Below the pieces are notes generated by a model that had not been told where the DNA came from, did no database searches, and saw nothing but the letters and a program-made list of their open reading frames with translations. Of a stretch of 59,846 nt of DNA, positions 31,318-41,529 are shown piece after piece. The first letter of the stretch is position 1. Every line of letters starts with the position of its first letter. Location of the stretch: assembly GCA_944390405.1 (NCBI GenBank), contig CALXPS010000005.1, positions 1 through 59,846 on the forward strand. The letters run 5' to 3'. The DNA comes from an uncultured Clostridia bacterium. GTDB lineage: Bacteria > Bacillota > Clostridia > TANB77 > CAG-508. The translations under genes were made by a program, and so were the position numbers.

Positions 31318-32013
31318 GTGAAATTAGTTATAAAAAATTTAAAGAAAAATTTTGAGAAAAAAGAAGTATTAAAAGAAATTAATTTTGAATTTGAAAAAGG
31401 AAAAATATACGGTTTACTAGGAAGAAATGGTGCAGGAAAGACAACACTTTTTAATTGCCTTAATGAAGATTTAGAAATTGATAGTGGTGAATTTTATTTG
31501 GTTGATACAACGTCAAGAAAAATAGAGGCAGAAGATATTGGATATGTTTTATCAACTCCAAATGTTCCTGAATTTTTAACGGGTAGAGAATTTTTAAAAT
31601 TCTTTATAGAGATTAATAAAAATCGAATAAAAGACGAAAAAACAATTGATGAGTATTTTGATTTTATGAAAATAGAAAAAGATGATAGGGATAAGCTTTT
31701 AAAAGATTATTCTCATGGTATGAAAAACAAAATGCAGATGTTAGTAAATATCATTGCTAGTCCTAATATTTTACTATTAGACGAGCCACTTACTTCCTTT
31801 GATGTAGTTGTTGCTGAAGAAATGAAACAAATGCTAAGAAGTATAAAAAAAGATCATATTATAATATTTTCAACACACATTATGGAATTGGCACTTGACT
31901 TATGTGATGAAATTGTAATTTTAAATAAAGGGAAATTAGAAGAAATAAACAAAAATAATTTAAATAATGAACAATTTAAAAATAAAATTATTGAAGCATT
32001 GAAGGAGGAATAA
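31318..32013 (+). CDS. ABC transporter ATP-binding protein
   Basis: Walker A GRNGAGKTT, signature-like YSHGMKNK, Walker B LLLDEP. GTG 31318, 8 nt after GAGAGGGG, is preferred over ATG 31300. Confidence 0.85.
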   Translation: MKLVIKNLKKNFEKKEVLKEINFEFEKGKIYGLLGRNGAGKTTLFNCLNEDLEIDSGEFYLVDTTSRKIEAEDIGYVLSTPNVPEFLTGREFLKFFIEINKNRIKDEKTIDEYFDFMKIEKDDRDKLLKDYSHGMKNKMQMLVNIIASPNILLLDEPLTSFDVVVAEEMKQMLRSIKKDHIIIFSTHIMELALDLCDEIVILNKGKLEEINKNNLNNEQFKNKIIEALKEE

Positions 32014-32015
32014 AT

Positions 32016-33593
32016 ATGATTAAAGCATTTATTACGTCTTTCAAGTTGAAAAATACATATAGAGTTAATAGCATTATATATTCAATAAAACAATTGCCTA
32101 TTATAAGAAAAATTCTACCAAATCAATTATATAAAAACAAAGCATTAAAAATTATTGGAAATATTATTAGTGCAATAATAGAATTTTGCAGTATATTTAT
32201 AGGAAAGTTTCTTTATATTTTATTAATGATTGTATACATGCTGGCATTTTATAAAACCAATCAAGCGAATACATTTTTGCACATTTTTACATTTCTAACT
32301 TTTGGCGGAGCATTATTAAATACTTATATGTTTAATCCTACAAAAGATAAATATTATGCAATGATTATTATGAATATGGATGCAAAAAAATATACTTTAT
32401 CAAACTATTATTATTCAATGCTAAAAGTAATTATTGGCTTCTTACCATTTACAATTATTTTTGGAATAATGATGAAAGTTCCTCTATGGATATGTATTTT
32501 AATGCCAATCTTTGTTGTAATGGCAAAAATGATAGTTAGTGCATATACATTGATAGATTTTAAAAAACATAAGATTGCAAAAAACGAAAATTTGCCAACT
32601 AAAGTATTATGGGTATCAATAGCTATATTAGTTGCAATTAGTTATGGCTTGCCAATAATAGGAGTAACTATTAATCAAACCATATTTTTAGTTATCTTTA
32701 TAGCAAGTGCTATTGCTGGTTTATACAGTTTTTTTGTTATACATCGTTTTACAGAATATAAGAAAATGTATAAACAAATTTTAACACACGAAAATGTTTA
32801 TGCAGTTCAAAATCAAACAAGTACAAAAGCAATAAAAGAAAATGTGGCAAAACAAATTGAATTCGATAATGAACTTACAAGTAATAAAAAAGGCTTTGCA
32901 TATTTTCACGATTTGTTTGTAAAAAGGCATAAGAAAATCTTAACAAAAGCAACCAAAACTCAAACTGTTGTTATTTTACTAATATTTGCAGTAGTTCTTA
33001 TGATAGTATCTTTTAATAAAGACTTTGCTGTAATAATAAATAGTATACTATTAACATATTTACCTTATTTTGTATTTATAATGTATTTGTTAAATAGAGG
33101 TACAACGGTTACCCAAGCAATGTTTATGAATTGTGACCACAGTATGTTAACATATAGAATATATAAAACACCAAAAGTTATTTTAGGATTATTTAAAGAA
33201 AGACTAAAAACACTTATAAAAGTTAATTTATTACCATCTACTGTTATTGCTTTAGGACTACCAATACTATTATATATAACAGGAGGGACAGACAATCCAC
33301 TAAATTATTTTGTGCTATTTATATCTATTATTGCTATGAGTATATTTTTCTCTGTGCATTATTTGGTAATGTATTATTTACTACAACCATATAATGTAAA
33401 TACTGAGATGAAAAGTAGTACATATAAAGTAGTACAAGTTATAACATATTTGGTATGTTACTACATGATTAAACTAAAATTGCCAACTATATCTTTTGGA
33501 ATAGCAACAAGTGCATTTTGTATAATATATTCTTTAGTATCTTTATTTTTAGCGTATAAATATGCTCCTAGAACATTTAAGTTAAGGACTTAA
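32016..33593 (+). CDS. large polytopic membrane protein, putative ABC exporter permease partner
   Basis: 525 aa with more than 10 hydrophobic segments. Translationally coupled to the ATPase gene (2-nt gap). Confidence 0.6.
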   Translation: MIKAFITSFKLKNTYRVNSIIYSIKQLPIIRKILPNQLYKNKALKIIGNIISAIIEFCSIFIGKFLYILLMIVYMLAFYKTNQANTFLHIFTFLTFGGALLNTYMFNPTKDKYYAMIIMNMDAKKYTLSNYYYSMLKVIIGFLPFTIIFGIMMKVPLWICILMPIFVVMAKMIVSAYTLIDFKKHKIAKNENLPTKVLWVSIAILVAISYGLPIIGVTINQTIFLVIFIASAIAGLYSFFVIHRFTEYKKMYKQILTHENVYAVQNQTSTKAIKENVAKQIEFDNELTSNKKGFAYFHDLFVKRHKKILTKATKTQTVVILLIFAVVLMIVSFNKDFAVIINSILLTYLPYFVFIMYLLNRGTTVTQAMFMNCDHSMLTYRIYKTPKVILGLFKERLKTLIKVNLLPSTVIALGLPILLYITGGTDNPLNYFVLFISIIAMSIFFSVHYLVMYYLLQPYNVNTEMKSSTYKVVQVITYLVCYYMIKLKLPTISFGIATSAFCIIYSLVSLFLAYKYAPRTFKLRT

Positions 33594-33676
33594 AAAGTAT
33601 AAAAATTTGAGAGAAAAATATAAAACAACCTGCTAGCTATTAAAAGCTGCAGGTTGTTTTGTAATTCAATTGTCTA

Positions 33677-33752
33677 TGGAGCTATTAGGGAGAATTGAAC
33701 TCCCGACCTATTGATTACGAATCAATTGCTCTACCAACTGAGCTATAATAGC
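33677..33752 (-). tRNA. tRNA-Thr (anticodon CGT)
   Basis: The reverse complement GCTATTATAGCTCAGTTGGTAGAGCAATTGATTCGTAATCAATAGGTCGGGAGTTCAATTCTCCCTAATAGCTCCA folds as a cloverleaf with an encoded CCA. Confidence 0.9.
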
Positions 33753-33847
33753 ATAAAAATATTATAACTTAAATTTATATAAATATCAATAAAAAATAAA
33801 TATTTTCCAGAAATTTGTATATAATACAGATTATGAGAGGTTGATGA

Positions 33848-34078
33848 GTGTTGCGAAAGAACAAAATTGATGTTGAATTAGTAGATTCTATTTTAAAAAC
33901 AAAAGCAGAGCTAAATGTTGCGAGTAAAAATTTTGAACAAGCAGAAGGAGAGTTAATTGATTATTATTTATATCAAATTAAAGCTCATAAGGCAAAGTTA
34001 GATTATTTAATTAAAGAAGTAAAAAAGAAGGGCTTTTCATTAGACATGATTAATGAATTAAAATTAAGAATAAGCTAA
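33848..34078 (+). CDS. yaaL: YaaL-like DUF2508 protein
   Basis: 76 aa. LKTKAELNVASKNFEQAEGELIDYYLYQIKAHKAKLDYLIKEVKKKG matches the DUF2508 pattern. It sits directly upstream of bofA, as in Bacillus subtilis. Confidence 0.65.
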   Translation: MLRKNKIDVELVDSILKTKAELNVASKNFEQAEGELIDYYLYQIKAHKAKLDYLIKEVKKKGFSLDMINELKLRIS

Positions 34079-34127
34079 AGTTATATTTGTCCAAAGTAAG
34101 ACATATTTATTAAAGGGAGGGATTACT

Positions 34128-34386
34128 TTGGATACAAATAGCACTTTAATAATTGTAGGATGTATATTTGGAATAATAGCTATACGGCCTGATTTTTAAA
34201 ATGAATGTATTGAAAATTATAAAATTAATATTTAATTCAATCTTAGGTGGGGTTCTTATTTATTTTATTAATCAAATTGGAGTATCTTTTGGTTTACATA
34301 TAGGATTAAACCTTATTACATCTGTTTTTATAGGTGTGTTTGGAATACCCGGAGCATTGTTATTAATATTACTAAAAATATTTTAA
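34128..34386 (+). CDS. bofA: pro-sigma-K processing inhibitor BofA; frame switches +1 at CGG 34185-34187
   Basis: TTG 34128 (RBS AGGGAGGG) gives MDTNSTLIIVGCIFGIIAI, which is TM1. The +1 frame from 34186 gives GLIFKMNVLKIIKLIFNSILGG...GLHIGLNLITSVFIGVFGIPGALLLILLKIF*. This matches the BofA C-terminal block (IGLHVPINLVTA...GIPG). The joined length is about 85 aa, against 87 aa for B. subtilis BofA. Confidence 0.75.
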
Positions 34387-34485
34387 GAAAAATGTAAAAA
34401 AATGTTTACTTTTTTCGAAATATGGGATACAATATAGACGACAAGATAAATGGGATAACAAAGGAAAAATATGAGGAGGTTTCTA

Positions 34486-35778
34486 ATGAGAATATTAATG
34501 TTAACATGGGAATATCCACCAAGAATAGTAGGTGGAATCGCTAGAGTAGTACATGATTTATCAAAAAGGCTTATCAAAGATGGCCATGAAGTAACAGTTA
34601 TTACATATAGAGAAGGAGAATTGCCATATTATGAAGATGACAAAGGAGTAGATGTTTACAGAGTAGATAATTATATGATTAACCCAAATAATTTCATAGA
34701 TTGGGTTATGCAATTGAACTTCAATATGATTACAAAAGCAAATGAATTAATTCAAGAAAAAGGAAAATTTGATGTTATCCATGCACATGATTGGTTAGTA
34801 GCATATAGTGCAAAAACATTAAAAAATTCATATGGAATACCATTAGTAAGTACAATTCATGCTACAGAAGCAGGAAGAAATAGCGGAATACATGATGAGG
34901 TACAAAGATATGTAAATGATACAGAGTGGTTATTAACATATGAATCATCAGAAGTAATAGTAAATAGTAAATTTATGAAAAACGATTTACAAAGACTTTT
35001 TGGATTACCATATGAAAAGATAAATGTAATATCAAATGGAATTAATATAAATGCATATACAGGAATTGAAAAAGATTATGAATTTAGAAGACAATATGCA
35101 GCAGATAATGAAAAAATAATACTATTCATGGGTAGATTAGTATATGAAAAAGGTGTACAACATTTAATTTCAGCTATGCCAAAAATATTAGCAGGATATC
35201 ATGATGCAAAACTAATAATTGCTGGTAAAGGTGGAATGATGGATGAATTAAAACGTCAAGTAGAAGCAATGGGATTAGGACCAAAGGTATATTTTACTGG
35301 ATATTTAAATGCAAAACAAGTATCTAAAATGTATAAATGTGCAGATGTTTCAGTATTTCCAAGCACATATGAGCCATTTGGAATAGTAGCACTAGAAGCA
35401 ATGCTTGCTGGTGTACCAACAGTAGTTTCAGATGTTGGAGGACTAAATGAAATAGTAGAACATGGCGTAGACGGAATGAAGAGTTATGCAGGAAATCCAA
35501 ACTCATTAGCAGACTCAATTTTAGCATTATTATTAAATCCAGAGTTATGTGATAAGGTAACAAAACAAGCAAAAATAAAAGTAAAGAATGAATATAATTG
35601 GGCAAAAATTGCTCAAGATACATACTTTACATATGAAAAAGCAATATGCCAAACAATGGCCGAACGCCAAGCAAATCAATTATTGCAAGAAAGAGCAAAA
35701 AAAGCGAAAAAAGCAAAAGGAATAGAAAACGAAATTACAAATATTTTATCTTTCAAAAAACGTCAGGCATATGCTTAA
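34486..35778 (+). CDS. GT4-family glycosyltransferase
   Basis: MRILMLTWEYPPRIVGGIARVVHDL start. C-terminal GT-B block (FPSTYEPFGIVALEAMLAGVPTVVSDVGGLNEIVEHGVDG). ATG 34486 follows GAGGAGG. Confidence 0.85.
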   Translation: MRILMLTWEYPPRIVGGIARVVHDLSKRLIKDGHEVTVITYREGELPYYEDDKGVDVYRVDNYMINPNNFIDWVMQLNFNMITKANELIQEKGKFDVIHAHDWLVAYSAKTLKNSYGIPLVSTIHATEAGRNSGIHDEVQRYVNDTEWLLTYESSEVIVNSKFMKNDLQRLFGLPYEKINVISNGININAYTGIEKDYEFRRQYAADNEKIILFMGRLVYEKGVQHLISAMPKILAGYHDAKLIIAGKGGMMDELKRQVEAMGLGPKVYFTGYLNAKQVSKMYKCADVSVFPSTYEPFGIVALEAMLAGVPTVVSDVGGLNEIVEHGVDGMKSYAGNPNSLADSILALLLNPELCDKVTKQAKIKVKNEYNWAKIAQDTYFTYEKAICQTMAERQANQLLQERAKKAKKAKGIENEITNILSFKKRQAYA

Positions 35779-35851
35779 ACAAAAGTGTAATACAGGAACA
35801 ACTATTAAAAAGTTGTTCCTAAAAAAATATTAAGGAGGGAAGAAAAGTAAT

Positions 35852-36181
35852 ATGTATGTTTACGATGAAGCTAATAATCTAGCAAAAGCAATCCAAGAAA
35901 GTAAGGAATATCAAGAATATAAAAAGATAAAAGAAGAACTAAATTCAAATGCTACAACAAAAGAAAAAATAGACAATTTTGAAAAACTAAGATATGAAGT
36001 TCAAGCAATGTCTTTCCAAGGCAAAGAAGACCCAGAAAAAATGAAAAAACTTCAAGAAATGTACAATATATTAAATGAAGATAAAAAAATAAAAGAATAT
36101 TTTGATATAGAAGTGCGTTTTAATATAATGTTAGCAGATGTAAATAGAATAATAAGTGAATCGGTAAAGGAACTTATTTAG
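35852..36181 (+). CDS. YlbF/YmcA-family (UPF0342) protein
   Basis: 109 aa. AIQESKEYQEYKKIKEEL...EKMKKLQE pattern. Confidence 0.6.
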   Translation: MYVYDEANNLAKAIQESKEYQEYKKIKEELNSNATTKEKIDNFEKLRYEVQAMSFQGKEDPEKMKKLQEMYNILNEDKKIKEYFDIEVRFNIMLADVNRIISESVKELI

Positions 36182-36183
36182 AA

Positions 36184-36310
36184 ATAGTGAATAATGAATA
36201 GTGAATAATGAATAATTAATAATTATTGAAAGTTTTTTGTAATTCAAAGAATTACAAAAAACTAACATTCATTATTCATTATTAATTATTCACTATTCAT
36301 TATTCATTAT
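36184..36310. repeat. long AT-rich imperfect palindrome built from TGAATAA/TGAATAG heptamers, with a central hairpin
   Basis: The left arm atagtgaataatgaatagtgaataatgaataattaataat is mirrored by cattcattattcattattaattattcactattcattattcattat. The centre is AGTTTTTTGTAATTC-AAA-GAATTACAAAAAACT. It lies between convergent genes. Confidence 0.75.
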
Positions 36311-36336
36311 AAAAACGGACCCAAAGTCCGTTTTTG
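36311..36336. terminator. bidirectional intrinsic terminator
   Basis: AAAAACGGAC-CCAAA-GTCCGTTTTT between the convergent ylbF-like and spoVT genes. Confidence 0.75.
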
Positions 36337-36337
36337 C

Positions 36338-36892
36338 CTACACGTCCATCTGACTACTTAAAAATCCAGCAGCAGATTGAACTACTTTTAATTCAGTATC
36401 TCCCATTTTAGTATTTTGTTCTTTTGAAAGTAAAATAACACTTCCAATAACGTCTCCGTCTGAAATAATAGGATATATAACTTGTGAATTATAACGTCTT
36501 TCTTTATTATCATTTTGTGTAATAGGTAAAGCAATTTCGTTATTATCTTTACTTGTATATATTTCTTTGTTTTCAATAACTTTTTCTAATTCAGGACTTA
36601 AAGATTGTTCCAAAAATTCTTTCTTAGAACCACCAGAAACAGCAATAACAGTATCTTTATCTGTTATACAAGCAATATGCCCTGTTGTTTTAGAAAGTGT
36701 TTCAGCATATCCAGTTGCAAATTCGGAAAGTTCACCAATAGGTGAATATTTTTTTAAAATAATTTCTCCTTCTTTATCTGTAAAAATTTCAAGTGGGTCA
36801 CCCTCCTTAATGCGAAGAGTTCTTCTAATTTCTTTAGGAATAACAATTCTACCTAAATCATCAATTCTTCTAACTACTCCAGTTGCTTTCAA
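36338..36892 (-). CDS. spoVT: stage V sporulation protein T (AbrB-type N-domain plus GAF-like C-domain)
   Basis: MKATGVVRRIDDLGRIVIPKEIRRTLRIKEGDPLEIF is the SpoVT/AbrB swapped-hairpin domain. 184 aa, with the C-terminal domain typical of SpoVT. Confidence 0.9.
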   Translation of the reverse strand: MKATGVVRRIDDLGRIVIPKEIRRTLRIKEGDPLEIFTDKEGEIILKKYSPIGELSEFATGYAETLSKTTGHIACITDKDTVIAVSGGSKKEFLEQSLSPELEKVIENKEIYTSKDNNEIALPITQNDNKERRYNSQVIYPIISDGDVIGSVILLSKEQNTKMGDTELKVVQSAAGFLSSQMDV

Positions 36893-37009
36893 AATTTTCC
36901 CTCCTTTAACTATTTATGTTCAAAAATAGTATTTGAAAGAAACAAAAAAATATTCATAAATTTGACAAAATTTTTGAAAAGTTCATGTTCAGATTTACTA
37001 CTAGAAAGT

Positions 37010-37150
37010 CCGCCCAATCTCGTCGGAGCTTTTATATTTATAATAAATTGAGCCCACGATGGAGACGCCTGCGAAGTGTTTCGGGGGTCCTCAATTTATT
37101 CTAAATATAAAACTCCTGCGTTGGGCTACTTTGTGCTGTTAATTAATTTA
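37010..37150. repeat. intergenic palindromic repeat, family A, copy 2
   Basis: Near-identical to 8389-8530. Confidence 0.8.
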
Positions 37151-37248
37151 CTTTTAATAGTATCTTTGAAAACAAAAAAATTTCTTAAAACTATTGAAAA
37201 ATAATACTATTTGCGTGTATAATAATATCTAGGATTAGGAGGAATAAT

Positions 37249-39018
37249 ATGGAATCAATTGATTTAAAAGATGCATATTTGAAATTTTTCGAAAATAAAG
37301 GTCATAAAGTTATACCAAGTGCACCAATTATACCAGAAAATGATCCAACATGTTTATTTAACACAGCTGGCATGCAACCATTAGTACCATATTTAAAGGG
37401 AGAGCCACATCCAGAAGGAAAACGCCTAGTTGATGTTCAAAAATGTTTTAGAACAAATGATTTGGATGCAATTGGTGATACAACACATCATACTTTTTTT
37501 GAAATGCTTGGCAATTGGTCATTAGGAGACTATTTCAAGAAAGAGTCAATTAGCTGGAGTCTTGAATTTTTAACTAAAAACTTGAATATACCAATAGAAC
37601 GTTTAGCAGTAACTGTATTTGAAGGAAATGATATAGTTCCAGCAGATACAGAGTCAGCCGACATTTGGAAAAGTGTAGGTATAAAGGAAGAAAGAATAGC
37701 ATTTTTAGGAGAAGAAGACAACTGGTGGCCAAATATGGAATTAACAGGACCATGTGGTCCAGATACTGAAATTTTCTATTGGAAAGGTTCAGATACTGCA
37801 CCAGAAAAATTTGATCCAGAGGATGAAAATTGGGTAGAAATTTGGAACAACGTATTTATGCAATATAACCACGAAACAGATGGAACATTTGTGCCTTTAA
37901 AAAATAAAAATGTAGATACAGGACTTGGAGTAGAAAGGGTAACTGCAATATTAGAAGGGTATACAGATAATTACAAATCATCAGTTTGGAAAGATATTAT
38001 AGCTAAAATAGAAGAAATTTCAGGATTATCATATGATGATGAAAAAAATGTTAGAAGTATGCGAATAATTGCAGACCATATAAGAGCAGTTGTAATGATA
38101 AGTGGTGATGATGCAGGAATAAAACCATCAAACACAGATCAGGGTTATGTTTTAAGAAGATTAATGAGAAGAATTATTAGATATGCTAAAAAGTTAAATA
38201 TAGATATTAATAGCGATTGGGAACAACAGCTAGCAGAAATGATAATAGAAAAATATTCAAAATATTATCACGAGTTAAGCAGAAATAAAGATGTAATATT
38301 ACAAGTATTACAAGATGAAAAGATTAAATTTAGTAAGACATTAGAAAAGGGATTAAAAGAGTTTGAAAAAGCTATAAATGGACTAGAAGGCAAAGAAATA
38401 AATAAAGATATAGCATTTAAATTATATGACACATACGGATTTCCAATTGAACTAACAGAAGAACTTGCGAAAGAACATGGTTTAACAGTAGATATAGAAG
38501 GATTTAAACAAAAATTTGCAGAGCATCAAGAAAAGTCAAGAGAGGGTTCAAAAGGTAAATTCAAAGGTGGACTAGCATCAACAGGAGAAATGGAAACAAA
38601 ATATCACACAGCTACTCATCTTTTAAATGCTGCATTAAAGAAAGTGTTAGGAGAACATGTACATCAGAAAGGAAGCAATATTACAGCAGAAAGAATGAGA
38701 TTTGACTTTTCACACAATAGCAAGATGACAGATGAAGAAAAAGAGAAAACAGAAAATTTAGTAAATGAATATATAAAAATGGCTATACCAGTAGAAAAAT
38801 TGGAAATGTCAAAAGAAGACGCTTTAAAACTTGGAGCAGAAGCAATGTTTATAGATAAATATGGAGACATTGTAACAGTATATAAAATAGGAGATGTTTC
38901 ATTAGAACTATGTGGTGGTCCTCATGTTCATAATACTAGTGAATTAGGACATTTCAAAATAAAAAAAGAAGAAGCATCATCAGCAGGAGTACGTAGAATA
39001 AAAGCCATATTAGAATAA
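37249..39018 (+). CDS. alaS: alanine--tRNA ligase, short form (catalytic, tRNA-recognition and editing domains; no C-Ala domain)
   Basis: FFENKGHKVIPSAPIIP, FNTAGMQPLVPY, HHTFFEMLGNWSLGDYFK, GPCGPDTEIFY, editing motifs HTATHLLNAAL and CGGPHV. The protein ends at 589 aa, right after the editing domain. Confidence 0.85.
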   Translation: MESIDLKDAYLKFFENKGHKVIPSAPIIPENDPTCLFNTAGMQPLVPYLKGEPHPEGKRLVDVQKCFRTNDLDAIGDTTHHTFFEMLGNWSLGDYFKKESISWSLEFLTKNLNIPIERLAVTVFEGNDIVPADTESADIWKSVGIKEERIAFLGEEDNWWPNMELTGPCGPDTEIFYWKGSDTAPEKFDPEDENWVEIWNNVFMQYNHETDGTFVPLKNKNVDTGLGVERVTAILEGYTDNYKSSVWKDIIAKIEEISGLSYDDEKNVRSMRIIADHIRAVVMISGDDAGIKPSNTDQGYVLRRLMRRIIRYAKKLNIDINSDWEQQLAEMIIEKYSKYYHELSRNKDVILQVLQDEKIKFSKTLEKGLKEFEKAINGLEGKEINKDIAFKLYDTYGFPIELTEELAKEHGLTVDIEGFKQKFAEHQEKSREGSKGKFKGGLASTGEMETKYHTATHLLNAALKKVLGEHVHQKGSNITAERMRFDFSHNSKMTDEEKEKTENLVNEYIKMAIPVEKLEMSKEDALKLGAEAMFIDKYGDIVTVYKIGDVSLELCGGPHVHNTSELGHFKIKKEEASSAGVRRIKAILE

Positions 39019-39030
39019 TAATTATTTTAA

Positions 39031-39387
<357 letters not shown>

Positions 39388-39504
39388 TTAGATAGCAAAA
39401 ACTGTTCAAAAGGTAAGACCAATTGAGCAGTTTTTTTGTGTTATGTGGGGGTGGAAGTATTAGTATCCACCCAAGCAAGAAATTATAAACTTTGTATAAT
39501 TCAA

Positions 39505-39630
39505 TTAGCATCCACCGCAACTATTGTTACCTCCACAACAGCAACAGATTATTATTAAAAGAATTATAATCCAGCAACAGTCATTTCCAAATCCGAAACC
39601 ACCGCAACCGCATCCTCTACTTTCTGGCAT
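39505..39630 (-). CDS. 41-aa Cys/Gly-rich tiny transmembrane protein (YjcZ-like sporulation-type peptide); absent from the ORF track
   Basis: The reverse complement reads AGGGAGGTGAAAGTAGT-ATG, then MPESRGCGCGGFGFGNDCCWIIILLIIICCCCGGNNSCGGC*. Strong RBS, one hydrophobic core, 13 Cys. A hairpin (GGGTGGA.../...TCCACCC, 39450-39473) follows on the coding strand. Confidence 0.6.
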   Translation of the reverse strand: MPESRGCGCGGFGFGNDCCWIIILLIIICCCCGGNNSCGGC

Positions 39631-39908
39631 ACTACTTTCACCTCCCTAATAAGAAAAAAATTTAAGTTTTTTTCATTTGTTATTGTATAGGAAAAATCAG
39701 CTTTTATCTTAGCTTTATATAAGATTTTTCCGTATACAACAAGAAAAGTAACATATAAAAGACCCGCTTTAGATTTACTTATGTGGCTTTGCCACTTTTC
39801 TTATGTTATATACTATTCTTAAAATAAAAAATGTGTTACAAAATTGGAGTGGCTGAATCTTGATTTTTATTACAAATTAACATATAATTGAAAGGTAGGT
39901 GAAATATT

Positions 39909-41274
39909 ATGGTAGAAAAAAATGAACTTTACAAAGTGAAAATTATAGATGATGGATATCAGGGAGAAGGAATTGCTAAAATTGATAATTTTCCTATATT
40001 TATACAAGGAGCAATAAAAGGGGAAGAAATAGAAATAAAAATATTAAAAGTTCAATCAAATTTTGCATATGGAAAGATTGTGAAAATAATAAAGTCTGCT
40101 CCATACAGAATTAAGGAAGAGTGTGAAGAATATTCAAAATGTGGTGGTTGTAATTTAAGACACATGAAATATGAGTACACATTAGAGATAAAAAAGGCAA
40201 TAGTAGAAAATTGTTTGTATAAACAATTTAATAGTGATATTCAAGTAAATGACGTAATAGGAATGAAAGAACCAATGTTTTATAGAAACAAATTACAATA
40301 TCCGCTTCGGTTTAGATAAAGATAATAAACCAGTTATGGGAGTATATTCAAATAGATCCCATAACATAGTTCCTATATCTAAGTGCTATATTCAAAATAA
40401 AATATGTAATGACATTGCACAAGATATTTTTGAATTCATAAAAGAAAATGACATATCTATATATAATGAAAAAACATTAAAAGGGACAGTAAGACACATT
40501 ATAGTTAGAATTGGAGTAAAAACTAATGAAGTATTAGTTACAATAGTTGTAAATGACAATAATTTCAAAAAAGAAAAAGAACTTGTAGAATATATAAAGA
40601 GTAAATACAATCAAGTAAAATCAATAGTAAAAAATTATAATACAAAAAACACAAACGTAATTCTTGGCACGAAAAATGAAATAATATTTGGTGAAGGATA
40701 TATTTATGATATTTTAGGAGAGTATAAATTTAAAATATCACCATTATCATTTTACCAAGTAAATCCAATACAAACAGAAGTGCTATATAATACAGCTATA
40801 AATTATGCAGGAAAAAGCAATAAAGTAGCACTAGATTTATATTGTGGAATAGGCACTATTGGAATATTTGCATCAAAAAACTTTAAAAAAGTATATGGAA
40901 TAGAAAAAGTTGCACAAGCCATAGATGATGCAAGAGAAAATGCTCAAATAAACAATGTAGAAAACATAGAATTCTATGTAGGGGACGTAGAAGAAAAGTT
41001 GCCAGAAATACTAAAAAATATAGACGAACCACCTACTACAATATTTGTAGACCCACCAAGGAAGGGATTAGATAATGAAACAATAAATGTATTGAAAAAA
41101 TTGCAGCCTGAAAAAATAGTATATATAAGTTGTAATCCTGCAACTCTTGCAAGAGATTTGAAAGAGTTAGAAGAAAGGTATGTAATAAAAGAGATACAGC
41201 CAGTAGACATGTTTCCGTATACATCACATGTGGAGTGTTGCTCGGTGCTATCTCTCAAAAATTCGATACAATAG
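39909..41274 (+). CDS. rlmD: 23S rRNA (uracil-C5)-methyltransferase RlmD/RumA; frame switches +1 at CGG 40308-40310
   Basis: ORF 39909-40319 holds the TRAM domain and Fe-S cysteines (CEEYSKCGGCNLRH) and ends ...FYRNKLQYPL-RFR*. The +1 frame from 40309 reads GLDKDNKPVMGVYSNRSHNIVPISKCYIQ... and continues into ORF 40336-41274 (SAM-MTase, DLYCGIGTIG, DPPRKG, SCNPATLARD). Confidence 0.85.
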
Positions 41275-41529
41275 CTGAATTTACTGCTTTTGAAGATTTG
41301 GTTAGTTTGGAGAGAAAAGACAAAAATAAGATTAAAAGAATAGAAAATCATAAAATTAGGGTAACGATAGAGGTTGACCTGGTGTGCGGAGTAGTATAAA
41401 TTAATAAAAAAATAAATTAATGTTTGGAGATAAAACTTAATTGGAAGTGTTTGAAAAAGCACTTTCTTTTTTCTAGTTTTTATGATAATATGAAAAAAGA
41501 ATATATATTTTGAAAAAATTGAGGTAAAT

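Noticed and set aside
41275-41399. Open frame after rlmD (…AEFTAFEDLVSLERKDKNKIKRIENHKIRVTIEVDLVCGVV*) as a frameshifted C-terminal extension or integration scar
   Set aside because: It bears only a vague resemblance to the extended tails seen on some RlmD genes. No CGG is present and the junction is unclear. I cannot support it without an alignment.
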